Shown here: piece after piece, positions 1-8,264 of the stretch | How the letters are laid out: each line of letters opens with the position of its first letter | Numbering within the stretch: the stretch's first letter is position 1 | Source of the DNA: a bacterium | Lineage (GTDB): Bacteria > UBA10199 > 2-02-FULL-44-16 > DYJF01 | Direction of reading: 5' to 3' | Assembly (NCBI GenBank): GCA_041739675.1 | Contig: JBGSNL010000064.1 | Coordinates: forward strand, 1 to 30,880 | Length of the DNA: 30,880 bases | Notes under the pieces: generated by a model | Told to the model about the DNA's origin: nothing | Database searches by the model: none | The model's input: only the letters and a program-made list of their open reading frames with translations | Made by a program: the position numbers and the translations under genes

Positions 1-175
1 TTATTACAGCAAGGGAAGGACCGATTCCCGCTACCGCATCATTTCGGACGACGAGGCGAAAACGACCGCCAAGTTGTATCTCTTGAAAAATTGTCAGATT
101 GTGTTACAAAATGCGCTCAAGGTACTTGGCATCAGCGCCCCGGAGGAAATGGTCCGGGAGGAAGAACAGGAATGA
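1..175 (+). CDS. argS: Arginyl-tRNA synthetase, 3' end (partial)
   Basis: My translation of frame +2 gives YYSKGRTDSRYRIISDDEAKTTAKLYLLKNCQIVLQNALKVLGISAPEEMVREEEQE*, the typical ArgS DALR C-terminus (LGI.APE.M). Stop TGA 173-175 overlaps the next ATG. argS followed by a SPOR gene is a common arrangement. Confidence 0.85.
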   Translation, partial: YYSKGRTDSRYRIISDDEAKTTAKLYLLKNCQIVLQNALKVLGISAPEEMVREEEQE

Positions 176-1008
176 CGGATTATCTGAAAAGTCGAAAGCC
201 GGGCGAAGATGGAGACGGTTTCTTCTGCCGCTTCACATTCGGCCAGTTTTTTGCGCTCCTCGTGCTGGAAGTCTTCACCATATTCTTCGTATTTTATCTC
301 GGCGCCAGATACGGCCCGCAGTTTTTGGGTTTTCAAAAGAAGGGTGCAACCGTAATAGGCGAGGCTCCCCGCGAAGAGGGCTCTCCCAAGGAAGCGATGA
401 CGACCGACAGCCCTGAAGTGGCGGCGATGGCGCAAGATCTCGTCGACAAGGCGAAGACCCCGGAACTCAAGGAACGTCTGGCGCAGATGCTCTCGCGTCC
501 CGCGGACGGCAAAGTTCAGCCGCCTGCCGACGTGGAACGCGCCGAGCTCAATTCCGAGGCCCCGGCGTATCCGGCTCCGCCCTCAGCGGCTCAGCCTGCG
601 GCGCCCGTGGCGGGGCAGCAGAATGCCGGAATTCCCGGCTCTGAGGAGATGACGGAGCCGCCGGTGGAAAACACAAAAGCCGCACCGCAGGGACAGATGC
701 AGATGAGACAGGCGCAACCGGCGGAAGAGGTGGAAAAGGGTGCGGTCAGGATCAAATCGGCGGAAAATGCAAAATATTCACTGCAGGTGGGCTCCTATCA
801 GCAGATGGCGGATGCCAACTCCGCAGTTGAAAAATTGAAGGGCAAGGGTTATCGCGCTTTTCTGATGATTGCCGACATCCCTGACCGCGGAAGATGGTAC
901 CGCGTCCGCGTCGGTGGTTTTGCATCGCGTGAAGAGGCGAAAAAATATCAACAGCAGTTCGAATCCCAGGAGACGATGCAGGCCATCGTTGTGATGAACG
1001 AACAATGA
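172..1008 (+). CDS. SPOR-domain cell-division protein (FtsN/DedD-like)
   Basis: N-terminal TM helix, Pro/Ala/Gln-rich linker and C-terminal SPOR domain (YSLQVGSY...WYRVRVGGFASREEA). ATG 172 (ATGA coupling with argS) preferred over the TTG at 91. Confidence 0.88.
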   Translation: MTDYLKSRKPGEDGDGFFCRFTFGQFFALLVLEVFTIFFVFYLGARYGPQFLGFQKKGATVIGEAPREEGSPKEAMTTDSPEVAAMAQDLVDKAKTPELKERLAQMLSRPADGKVQPPADVERAELNSEAPAYPAPPSAAQPAAPVAGQQNAGIPGSEEMTEPPVENTKAAPQGQMQMRQAQPAEEVEKGAVRIKSAENAKYSLQVGSYQQMADANSAVEKLKGKGYRAFLMIADIPDRGRWYRVRVGGFASREEAKKYQQQFESQETMQAIVVMNEQ

Positions 1009-1745
1009 GCTCCGATCTTTCAAGAAAGAAAAAGAAAAGCGTCGTACGCGAATACATCGAGGCCCTGATCACGGCGGGGCTGATAGCGCTTTTCATCAGG
1101 GCCTTCGTCATAGAGGCGTTCAAGATACCGTCCGGTTCGATGATCCCCACACTTTCGATCGGCGACCATATTTTTGTGAACAAGTTCATCTACGGCGTGC
1201 GAATACCCTTCACGTCTCTTCGGTTTTTTGACTACAACGAACCCAAACGCGGCGACGTGATAGTTTTCGTCTACCCTGTCGATAGAAGCAAAGACTTCAT
1301 CAAGCGGGTGGTTGGTGTTCCCGGCGACAGGATCCACTTTGAGGGGACGACCGTTTCTGTGAACGGCGAAGCGCTTCCGGCGAAAGAAGTGGAGGTCTCG
1401 CAGGATCCAAATGACAAGCGCCTCCTGATCGTAAAGAACGGCTCCGTGCAAGACATTCCTTTCGTTCCCGACTACTCGAAGTTCAATTTCTATGAAGAAG
1501 CGACCGACGGCATCAGGCATCTCGTCCAGTACGAGAAGGATTACGGCAGGCCCGTGTTCGACACGGAAGTGCCGCAAGGTCACTACTTTGTGATGGGCGA
1601 CAACCGAGACAACAGCGCCGACAGCCGCGAGTGGGGTTTTGTGCCGATGGGCAACGTCAAAGGCAAGGCGATGTTCGTCTGGCTCTCGCTGGACAAGGAT
1701 CAGGGCGGCATCAGGTGGCGCGAATTCGGCCGCTGGGTCCGGTAA
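1005..1745 (+). CDS. lepB: Signal peptidase I
   Basis: IPSGSMIPTL (catalytic Ser), DFIKRVVG (catalytic Lys) and GDNRDNSADSR motifs. Confidence 0.97.
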   Translation: MSSDLSRKKKKSVVREYIEALITAGLIALFIRAFVIEAFKIPSGSMIPTLSIGDHIFVNKFIYGVRIPFTSLRFFDYNEPKRGDVIVFVYPVDRSKDFIKRVVGVPGDRIHFEGTTVSVNGEALPAKEVEVSQDPNDKRLLIVKNGSVQDIPFVPDYSKFNFYEEATDGIRHLVQYEKDYGRPVFDTEVPQGHYFVMGDNRDNSADSREWGFVPMGNVKGKAMFVWLSLDKDQGGIRWREFGRWVR

Positions 1746-1754
1746 TTTTTGTCA

Positions 1755-1782
1755 TTGACCAAATCCAAAAACCGCATATAAA
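1755..1782 (+). promoter_or_regulatory. Sigma70-like promoter of the pyr operon
   Basis: TTGACC (1755-1760), 16 nt, TATAAA (1777-1782) in the lepB-pyrR gap. Confidence 0.5.
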
Positions 1783-1805
1783 CGCCTCAAAAATGAAGGC
1801 AAACC

Positions 1806-2354
1806 ATGACGGGTGAAAAGAAAATGAAAGGCAAACAACTGCTCTCCACGAAGGATATGGACCTGGCCCTCCTCAAGATGGCCAAGGAGATAATCTCGGA
1901 CGGCACCGAGGGTGTGGCGCTCGTGGGCATACGCACGCGCGGTGTGCCGCTCGCCGAATATCTCGCAAAGAAAATCGAAAAGGTTCAGGGTAAACCGATC
2001 GAGCTGGGCTCTCTGGACATCAACCTTTACCGCGACGATCTTTCGGAGGTCTCCGAACAGCCGGTGGTCAGGCCCACGGAGTTGCCGTTTTCCATCACGG
2101 GCAAGGGGATCATACTGGTCGATGACGTGCTCTACACCGGAAGGACGATCCGCGCCGCGATGGATGCGCTAATCGATTTCGGCCGGCCCCGTTTCATCAA
2201 GCTTGCAGTGATGATCGACCGCGGCTGGCGCGAGTTTCCCATCCAGCCCGATTACGTGGGAAAGGGCATCAAGACGACGGCCAACCAGAACATCAAGGTG
2301 ATGCTAAGGACAATTGACGGCGAGGACGCTGTCTTTATCAAGGAACAGGTATAA
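1806..2354 (+). CDS. pyrR: Bifunctional pyrimidine regulatory protein / uracil phosphoribosyltransferase
   Basis: GIRTRGVPLA, LDINLYRDDL, LVDDVLYTGRTIRAA and DRGWREFPIQPDYVG motifs. Start may instead be the ATG at 1824. Confidence 0.96.
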   Translation: MTGEKKMKGKQLLSTKDMDLALLKMAKEIISDGTEGVALVGIRTRGVPLAEYLAKKIEKVQGKPIELGSLDINLYRDDLSEVSEQPVVRPTELPFSITGKGIILVDDVLYTGRTIRAAMDALIDFGRPRFIKLAVMIDRGWREFPIQPDYVGKGIKTTANQNIKVMLRTIDGEDAVFIKEQV

Positions 2355-3286
2355 TGCGTTTATCACAGCCGCACATACTCTCTATCAACGACCTGACGAA
2401 AAAAGACGTGCTCACCATTCTTCAGACGGCGGAATCTTTCAAGGAGATTTCCGAACGCCTGATCAAGAAAGTGCCGACGCTCAGAGGCAAGACCGTGGTC
2501 AACTGCTTCTTTGAGGACTCCACGCGCACGCGCATCTCTTTTGAAATTGCGGAGAAACGCCTGTCGGCGGACACGGTCAATATTTCGAAATCGGGAAGTG
2601 CCATGGCCAAGGGTGAGAACCTTTTAGACACGATGAGAAACATCGAGGCGATGAAGCCGGACATCGTGGTGATAAGGCACTCGATTTCGGGCGCGCCCGC
2701 GATGATCGCAGAGGCAGTGGAATCCCATGTCATCAACGCCGGCGACGGCATGCACGAACATCCGACGCAGGCGCTTTTGGATCTCATGACGATAAGGGAA
2801 GTGAAGGGGCGCATACAGGGCCTCACGGTGGGAATCGTGGGCGATATTCTCCACTCGCGCGTTGCGCGCTCCGACATGCTGTTGTTCAAAAAGATGGGAA
2901 TCAACGTGGTGATAGGCGGCCCGAAGACGCTTATGCCCATTGGGGTGCAAGACTTCGGCGTGACGGTCTGCCCCGACATACGCGATGCGATCCCGTCTCT
3001 CGACGTGCTGATGCTTCTTCGCATACAGCGCGAGAGGGCGGAGGAAAATCTCTTCCCCAACCTTCGCGAATATTCCCGCTACTTCGGTGTCAACAGCGAG
3101 ATGCTTGAAAATGCCAGGGACGATATGACGATAATGCATCCGGGCCCGGTCAACCGCGGCATTGAAATATCGCCGGAGGTTGCGGACGGCCCGCGCTCCG
3201 TGATTTTGAATCAGGTGACAAACGGCGTGGCCGTGAGGATGGCGCTCCTGTATTTGCTGATCGGCGAAGGGAGCGAAGAAAAATAA
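2354..3286 (+). CDS. pyrB: Aspartate carbamoyltransferase catalytic subunit
   Basis: FEDSTRTRISF, HEHPTQALLD, GDILHSRVARS and MHPGPVNRG motifs. Confidence 0.98.
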   Translation: MRLSQPHILSINDLTKKDVLTILQTAESFKEISERLIKKVPTLRGKTVVNCFFEDSTRTRISFEIAEKRLSADTVNISKSGSAMAKGENLLDTMRNIEAMKPDIVVIRHSISGAPAMIAEAVESHVINAGDGMHEHPTQALLDLMTIREVKGRIQGLTVGIVGDILHSRVARSDMLLFKKMGINVVIGGPKTLMPIGVQDFGVTVCPDIRDAIPSLDVLMLLRIQRERAEENLFPNLREYSRYFGVNSEMLENARDDMTIMHPGPVNRGIEISPEVADGPRSVILNQVTNGVAVRMALLYLLIGEGSEEK

Positions 3287-3287
3287 T

Positions 3288-4568
3288 ATGAAACCTCTTT
3301 TCATAAAAAACGGCAGGGTGATCGATCCGGCGAAAAAAATCGACGGCGTCATGAACGTCATCGTCCTTGACGGCAAAATCTCCGCAGTCACGGCGGCAAA
3401 AAATGTGCCTCAAGATGCGGACGTGATCGACGCAAAGGGAATGATAGTCGCGCCGGGCTTTATCGACCTGCACTCCCACTTACGCGAGCCGGGCGAGGAG
3501 TATAAAGAAGACATAGAAAGCGGAAGCCGCGCTGCGGCCGCAGGTGGATTCACCACGGTGTGCTGCATGGCCAACACAAGTCCGGTCAACGACTGCGCGT
3601 CGGTGACGGAATACATTCTGAACCGCGCGCGTGTCTGCGCCTCGGTCAACGTTCTGCCGGTGGGCGCTATAACAAAGGGTCTCAAGGGAGAAAATCTCGC
3701 CGACATAGGCGATCTTGCTTGCGCGGGCGCGGTGGCGATATCAGACGACGGCAAACCGGTGATGAATGCGCTCATCATGCGCCGCGCGATGGAATACGCC
3801 TCCACCTTCAATCTTCCTGTCATTTCACATTCGGAGGATTTGAATCTTAGGGGCAGGGGGGTCATGAACGAGGGCGCCGCATCGACGGAGCTGGGTCTTC
3901 GCGGAATCCCTTCCGCCTCCGAAGAGACAATGATTGCGCGCGATATCCTTCTGTGCGGGCTCACGGGTTCGCGCCTCCACGTCGCGCATGTTTCGACCGC
4001 CGGCGGCGTAGAGATGGTTCGCGAGGCGAAGAAACTGAAACTCCCCGTGACCTGCGAAGTCACGCCCCACCATCTGACGCTCACAGAGCAGGCGGTCCAC
4101 GGCTACGATCCCAACACGAAGGTCAATCCGCCGCTCCGTTCCGAAAACGACCGCCGCGAATTGATCGCGGGCCTGGCCGACGGCACGATTGACGCGATAG
4201 CAACGGATCACGCGCCCCATGACATCACAGAAAAAGAGGTTGGCTTTGAGGGTTCGGCCTTCGGTATGGTTGGATTCGAGACCGCGCTTCCCTTGGTTCT
4301 CAAACTTGTGCACGACAAAAAAATCACGATGAAAAGGGCGATCGAGGCGTTGACCGCCCGGCCCGCCGCCATTTTGAATCTCAAGAAGAAGGGGACCCTC
4401 GCAATCGGGGCCGACGCGGACATCGTTATCTTTGCCCCAAATGAAGCGGTGACGGTGCGCGCTCAAGCGTTCAAATCCAAGAGCCGAAACACCCCGTTTG
4501 ACGGCTGGCGCCTCCTCGGAAAGGTTCATTACACTATCGTCTGCGGGCAGGTTGTATTCAGGGCCTAG
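3288..4568 (+). CDS. pyrC: Dihydroorotase (long type I)
   Basis: PGFIDLHSHLREPG, CEVTPHHL, KVNPPLR and IATDHAPH motifs. Follows pyrB. Confidence 0.97.
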   Translation: MKPLFIKNGRVIDPAKKIDGVMNVIVLDGKISAVTAAKNVPQDADVIDAKGMIVAPGFIDLHSHLREPGEEYKEDIESGSRAAAAGGFTTVCCMANTSPVNDCASVTEYILNRARVCASVNVLPVGAITKGLKGENLADIGDLACAGAVAISDDGKPVMNALIMRRAMEYASTFNLPVISHSEDLNLRGRGVMNEGAASTELGLRGIPSASEETMIARDILLCGLTGSRLHVAHVSTAGGVEMVREAKKLKLPVTCEVTPHHLTLTEQAVHGYDPNTKVNPPLRSENDRRELIAGLADGTIDAIATDHAPHDITEKEVGFEGSAFGMVGFETALPLVLKLVHDKKITMKRAIEALTARPAAILNLKKKGTLAIGADADIVIFAPNEAVTVRAQAFKSKSRNTPFDGWRLLGKVHYTIVCGQVVFRA

Positions 4569-4570
4569 CC

Positions 4571-5452
4571 GTGAAAAAAACTCCAAGCCGCCAGATTGTT
4601 CCGGTCGATCCGCTCAAGCGTTATCTGCAGGAGGTCAAGGCATATCCCGTTCTCTCGGTTGATGATGAAAAAGAGCTTGCGCGTCTCTACCACGAAAAGG
4701 GCGACATCGAGGCCGCAAGAAAACTTGTCACGACGCATCTCCGTCTGGTCGTCAAGATCGCGATGGAATACAGGAGCGCGTACCACAACGTTCTCGACCT
4801 GATTCAGGAAGGAAACGTGGGTCTTCTGCAGGCGGTCAAACACTTCGAGCCCGATAAGGGCGCGCGCCTTGCCCACTACGCGTCTTGGTGGATCAGATCC
4901 TACATTTTAAAATACATTCTGGATAATTTTCGGTTGATAAAGCTCGGAACCACCAAGAACCAGCGCAAACTCTTCTACAACCTCATGCAGGAAAAAGAGA
5001 AGATAGAGGCGATGGGCTACAAGGCAACGCCTGAAGTTCTCTCAAAAAAGTTGGGCGTGGATAAAGACGAAGTCGTCGAGATGCAAAGGCGTCTAACGCA
5101 ACCGGAATACTCCCTTGAGGCGCCCGCAGGCTCAAGGGATTCGGGGCATGAGGCCATCCTTCAGGATTTCATCGCGGACGATCAGATCCCCGTCGACGAT
5201 AAGATCGCGGAGCGGCAGACCCACGACATCCTCAAGGATAAGTTCGATGAATTTGCCAAGACGCTGAATGAGCGCGAACTGAAAATATTCCGCGACAGGC
5301 TCCTGGCCGAAATTCCCATTACTCTTCAGGACATCGCCGACGAGTACGGCATCACCAAAGAACGCGTCCGCCAGATCGAAGAGCGCATCGTCACCCGCCT
5401 GAAAGCCTATTTCAAAGAAAAGGGCGTCGAAGTCGAAGCCCTGCAACTTTAA
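4571..5452 (+). CDS. rpoH: RNA polymerase sigma factor, sigma-32/RpoH family
   Basis: DLIQEGNVGL (region 2.2), YASWWIRSYI, RpoH-box-like QRKLFYNL and region 4 TLQDIADEYGITKERVRQIE. Confidence 0.85.
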   Translation: MKKTPSRQIVPVDPLKRYLQEVKAYPVLSVDDEKELARLYHEKGDIEAARKLVTTHLRLVVKIAMEYRSAYHNVLDLIQEGNVGLLQAVKHFEPDKGARLAHYASWWIRSYILKYILDNFRLIKLGTTKNQRKLFYNLMQEKEKIEAMGYKATPEVLSKKLGVDKDEVVEMQRRLTQPEYSLEAPAGSRDSGHEAILQDFIADDQIPVDDKIAERQTHDILKDKFDEFAKTLNERELKIFRDRLLAEIPITLQDIADEYGITKERVRQIEERIVTRLKAYFKEKGVEVEALQL

Positions 5453-5512
5453 TATTGCCCCCGATATGCCCGTTTATAACCGAAATTTTGTACGCAACCT
5501 TCGGGCGATATA

Positions 5513-5536
5513 GCCGATACAGGGTCGGCCTCTTTT
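5513..5536 (+). terminator. Possible intrinsic terminator after rpoH
   Basis: GCCGAT-ACAGG-GTCGGC hairpin followed by CTCTTTT. The stem is short. Confidence 0.4.
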
Positions 5537-5580
5537 AGTGGGTTGATTTTTTCGGAAGGGTAGTTTATTGAACACCCGTT

Positions 5581-5664
5581 TATATTATGTCTGGTTGAAT
5601 GACCTTTTGGTTGACGGTGGTTTTTGACTTTAGGACCTTGATCCATTCAACCAGACATAATATA
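5581..5664. repeat. Perfect 21-bp inverted repeat with 42-bp spacer
   Basis: TATATTATGTCTGGTTGAATG (5581-5601) is the exact reverse complement of CATTCAACCAGACATAATATA (5644-5664). Confidence 0.95.
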
Positions 5665-5677
5665 TCTTATACGACGT
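5650..5677 (-). other. dif-like XerC/XerD recombination site
   Basis: Minus strand reads ACGTCGTATAA-GATATA-TTATGTCTGGT, an 11-6-11 layout with the ATAA-N6-TTATGT core of dif (E. coli GGTGCGCATAA-TGTATA-TTATGTTAAAT). The outer XerD-side bases are divergent. Confidence 0.55.
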
Positions 5678-5696
5678 AGTATATATAACGGAGCCC

Positions 5697-7706
5697 ATGG
5701 ATATCCGCGAATATACACTGATCGATTTGACCAAAAAGAAGCCTTTAAGGCCCGATTTGGCCGATTCCACCGACCTGCGCCAGGCCATATCTTCGGCCGT
5801 TTTCTCGCTTCTATCCCTTCAAAGGAATGACGGCTATTGGTGGTTCACTCTTGAGGCAAATGAGACGATCGGCTCCGAATTTATCTTCCTCATGACCTTC
5901 CTGGGTGAAGTTGACGAGAGCCTCCTTCACGGAATTGCTGAACGGATACTTGAGGTCCAGCGGGATGATGGAACCTGGGGTCTATATAAGGACGGCCCGG
6001 CGGATCTGTCCGCCATGATCGAATGCTACTTTGCCCTGAAACTCGCAGGCTTCGATATAGGTTCCGAGCCCATGCGCAAGGCCCGCGAGTTCATCATGGC
6101 TAACGGCGGGATCGTCAAATCTAGGGTCTTTACACGCATCCATCTTGCCATGTTCGGCCTTGTGCCGTGGTCCTCATGCCCTGAAATGCCTGCGGAGTTC
6201 ATTTTCATGCCCAGTTGGTTTCCCGTGAACATTTATGAGTTCGCAAGCTGGGCCAGGGCCACAATTGTTCCGTTGCTTATTTTCATGTCGATCAAGCCGG
6301 TTCGGCGGATTCCAAACGGTTTCAACCTTGATGAGCTCTTTTGCGAGCCGCCCGAGGCGCGCGATTATTCGTTTAAGAGTAAAAAAGGTCTTATATCCTG
6401 GGAATCTTTCTTCATATACTTGGACAAATTCATTAAGATTTATGAAAAAATTCCTTTAAAGCCGCTTCGTAACCTCGCAATAAAGAAATGTTCAAAGTGG
6501 ACATGGGAGCATGTCGATCGTACCGAGGATATCTATCCCGCGATGGCATATGCGGCCCTGGCGTTCAAAGCCCTGGGATATCCCAACAATGCGCCGGAAA
6601 TTCGAAGACCTTTTGAGGCGTTAAAGGGTTTTCAGCAGCTATACAAGAGTGCCGAGCATCTGCCGGGCCTCCCCAACGAACGTCGTATAAAGTCTATTCC
6701 CGATGTGAAGATCGTTATTCATCAGCAATGCTGCATCTCTCCGGTCTGGGATACGCCGTGGTCGCTGATGGCGCTCCTGGATTCAGGCGTTCCCGCCGAC
6801 GCGCCCCCTCTTCTCAAGGCCGCAAGATGGCTCATCTCAAGGCAGATCACCGATTTCAAGGGAGATTGGGCGGTCAAAAATCCCAAGGCGGAACCCGGCT
6901 GCTGGTCGTTTGAGTTCAAAAATGATTATTTCCCCGATGTGGACGACACGATAGAGATTGCAGCCGTTTTGCAGCGCATCGCCCTTCCCGACAAGGAAAA
7001 GGAAGAACCGATAAGGAAGGCCATGTCGTGGCTTCTCTCCATGCAAAACGACGACGGCGGTTGGGGCGCTTTTGACAAGAACCAGAAGTGCACCGTTGTG
7101 AACAAGATACCTTTCTCCGATCACAACGCCTGTCTCGATCCCTCCTCGCCCGATATCACGGGCCGCATGATAGAGCTTCTGGCAAGCCGCGGCATGACTG
7201 CTAACGACCTTCCGGTGAAGCGAGCGATAGAATATCTGATGAAGACGCAAGAACCGTTCGGAGGATGGTTCGCCCGATGGGGAATAAACTACATTTACGG
7301 CACATGGTGCGTGCTCACGGGCCTCGCTGAGCTTGGTTGGTCACCCGCCGGCACGGCGATGAAGAAAGCCGTGCGCTGGTTGAAACAGATTCAAAATGAA
7401 GACGGCGGATTCGGCGAATCGCCCGAAAGTTATCCAAGGGGAACTTACGTAAGATGGAAGGAAAGCGTTCCGTCGCAGACGGCGTGGGCGCTAATGGCAC
7501 TTATAGCAGCCGGCGAGGCGAGATCAGTTGAGGCCCGGCGCGCGGCGAAATTCCTTATGGATCGTTTGACTCCCGCCGGCACGTGGGAAGAAGAGGCCTA
7601 CACCGGCACCGGCTTCCCCGGCCATTTCTATATCCGCTATCACGGCTACAGGCAGTTTTTCCCGCTTCTTGCACTTGCAAGATACAACCGCGCAATAACA
7701 AGCTAG
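5697..7706 (+). CDS. shc: Squalene-hopene cyclase
   Basis: FPDVDDT (DxDD protonation motif), multiple QW repeats (QRNDGYW, QRDDGTW, QNDDGGW, QNEDGGFGE), SPVWDT, RWGINYIYGT and TGTGFPGHFYIRYH. Confidence 0.95.
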   Translation: MDIREYTLIDLTKKKPLRPDLADSTDLRQAISSAVFSLLSLQRNDGYWWFTLEANETIGSEFIFLMTFLGEVDESLLHGIAERILEVQRDDGTWGLYKDGPADLSAMIECYFALKLAGFDIGSEPMRKAREFIMANGGIVKSRVFTRIHLAMFGLVPWSSCPEMPAEFIFMPSWFPVNIYEFASWARATIVPLLIFMSIKPVRRIPNGFNLDELFCEPPEARDYSFKSKKGLISWESFFIYLDKFIKIYEKIPLKPLRNLAIKKCSKWTWEHVDRTEDIYPAMAYAALAFKALGYPNNAPEIRRPFEALKGFQQLYKSAEHLPGLPNERRIKSIPDVKIVIHQQCCISPVWDTPWSLMALLDSGVPADAPPLLKAARWLISRQITDFKGDWAVKNPKAEPGCWSFEFKNDYFPDVDDTIEIAAVLQRIALPDKEKEEPIRKAMSWLLSMQNDDGGWGAFDKNQKCTVVNKIPFSDHNACLDPSSPDITGRMIELLASRGMTANDLPVKRAIEYLMKTQEPFGGWFARWGINYIYGTWCVLTGLAELGWSPAGTAMKKAVRWLKQIQNEDGGFGESPESYPRGTYVRWKESVPSQTAWALMALIAAGEARSVEARRAAKFLMDRLTPAGTWEEEAYTGTGFPGHFYIRYHGYRQFFPLLALARYNRAITS

Positions 7707-7713
7707 CAAATTA

Positions 7714-7814
7714 GGAGACACTTCTCCTGTTCGCGCCATGTGAGGGGACGCTTCTCATTTTCTCATGGGGCCCGCGTGAACAGGAGAAGCGTCCCCTTCT
7801 TGAGAAGTGTCCCC
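7714..7814. repeat. REP-like palindromic cluster between convergent genes
   Basis: Four copies of a 13-mer: GGAGACACTTCTC (7714), GGGGACGCTTCTC (7744), and inverted GAGAAGCGTCCCC (7784), GAGAAGTGTCCCC (7802). Also a CTTCTCCTGTTC/GAACAGGAGAAG stem. Confidence 0.75.
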
Positions 7815-8264
7815 CTACCGTTTCTTCTTTTTCACCGCCTTGGCATGTGTCTCGCATCTCTCTTTCAGATGCATCAACATATTCGGCGCGTTCTTGATGA
7901 TCAGCTCTTCGATGATCGTCGAGGGAACCCATCTTGAAGGGACAATATCAACCCTGTAGGTTGCGCGGGTCATGTTTTTCCCCTTTGCCTCAAGTTTCCA
8001 TTCGCCGTCGTTTGAGACCATGAAGTCCCCTTTGATGAGCGCCCACTTGATCTCGGTTTTCGTCATCGTGAACTTGAGATAGCAGTTGATGGTGGTCACC
8101 ACGTGAAAGACAAAATGGACGTCGGCTTGGTTCTTGCTGTGTCGCATCACATGGGCCTCGCGGACCTCCGGAAAATAGTCGGGATAGTGCTCGAAGTTCG
8201 TGACGATCTTGTGCACGTATTCAATAGGCGAGTTGATCAGAATCGACTGGCTTGTCCTTGGCAT
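7815..8264 (-). CDS. SRPBCC/START-family protein (polyketide cyclase / Coq10 / RatA-like)
   Basis: 149 aa with the SILIN.P...VT.FEHYPDYFPEV pattern, GDF...DGEW.LE and a C-terminal helix. Confidence 0.8.
   Translation of the reverse strand: MPRTSQSILINSPIEYVHKIVTNFEHYPDYFPEVREAHVMRHSKNQADVHFVFHVVTTINCYLKFTMTKTEIKWALIKGDFMVSNDGEWKLEAKGKNMTRATYRVDIVPSRWVPSTIIEELIIKNAPNMLMHLKERCETHAKAVKKKKR

Noticed and set aside
91..171. Upstream TTG start for the SPOR protein
   Set aside because: It lies inside argS. ATG 172 is translationally coupled to the argS stop.
5449..5646. 65-aa minus-strand ORF in the rpoH-shc spacer
   Set aside because: No clear RBS or protein features, and it overlaps the terminator and inverted repeat.
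5638..5650. FNR/CRP-like box TTGATCCATTCAA
   Set aside because: Spacing is TTGA-N5-TCAA, one base short of the FNR consensus, and it overlaps the inverted repeat.
7714..7814. Mini CRISPR array
   Set aside because: Repeats are only 13 bp, in both orientations, irregularly spaced, and there are no cas genes.
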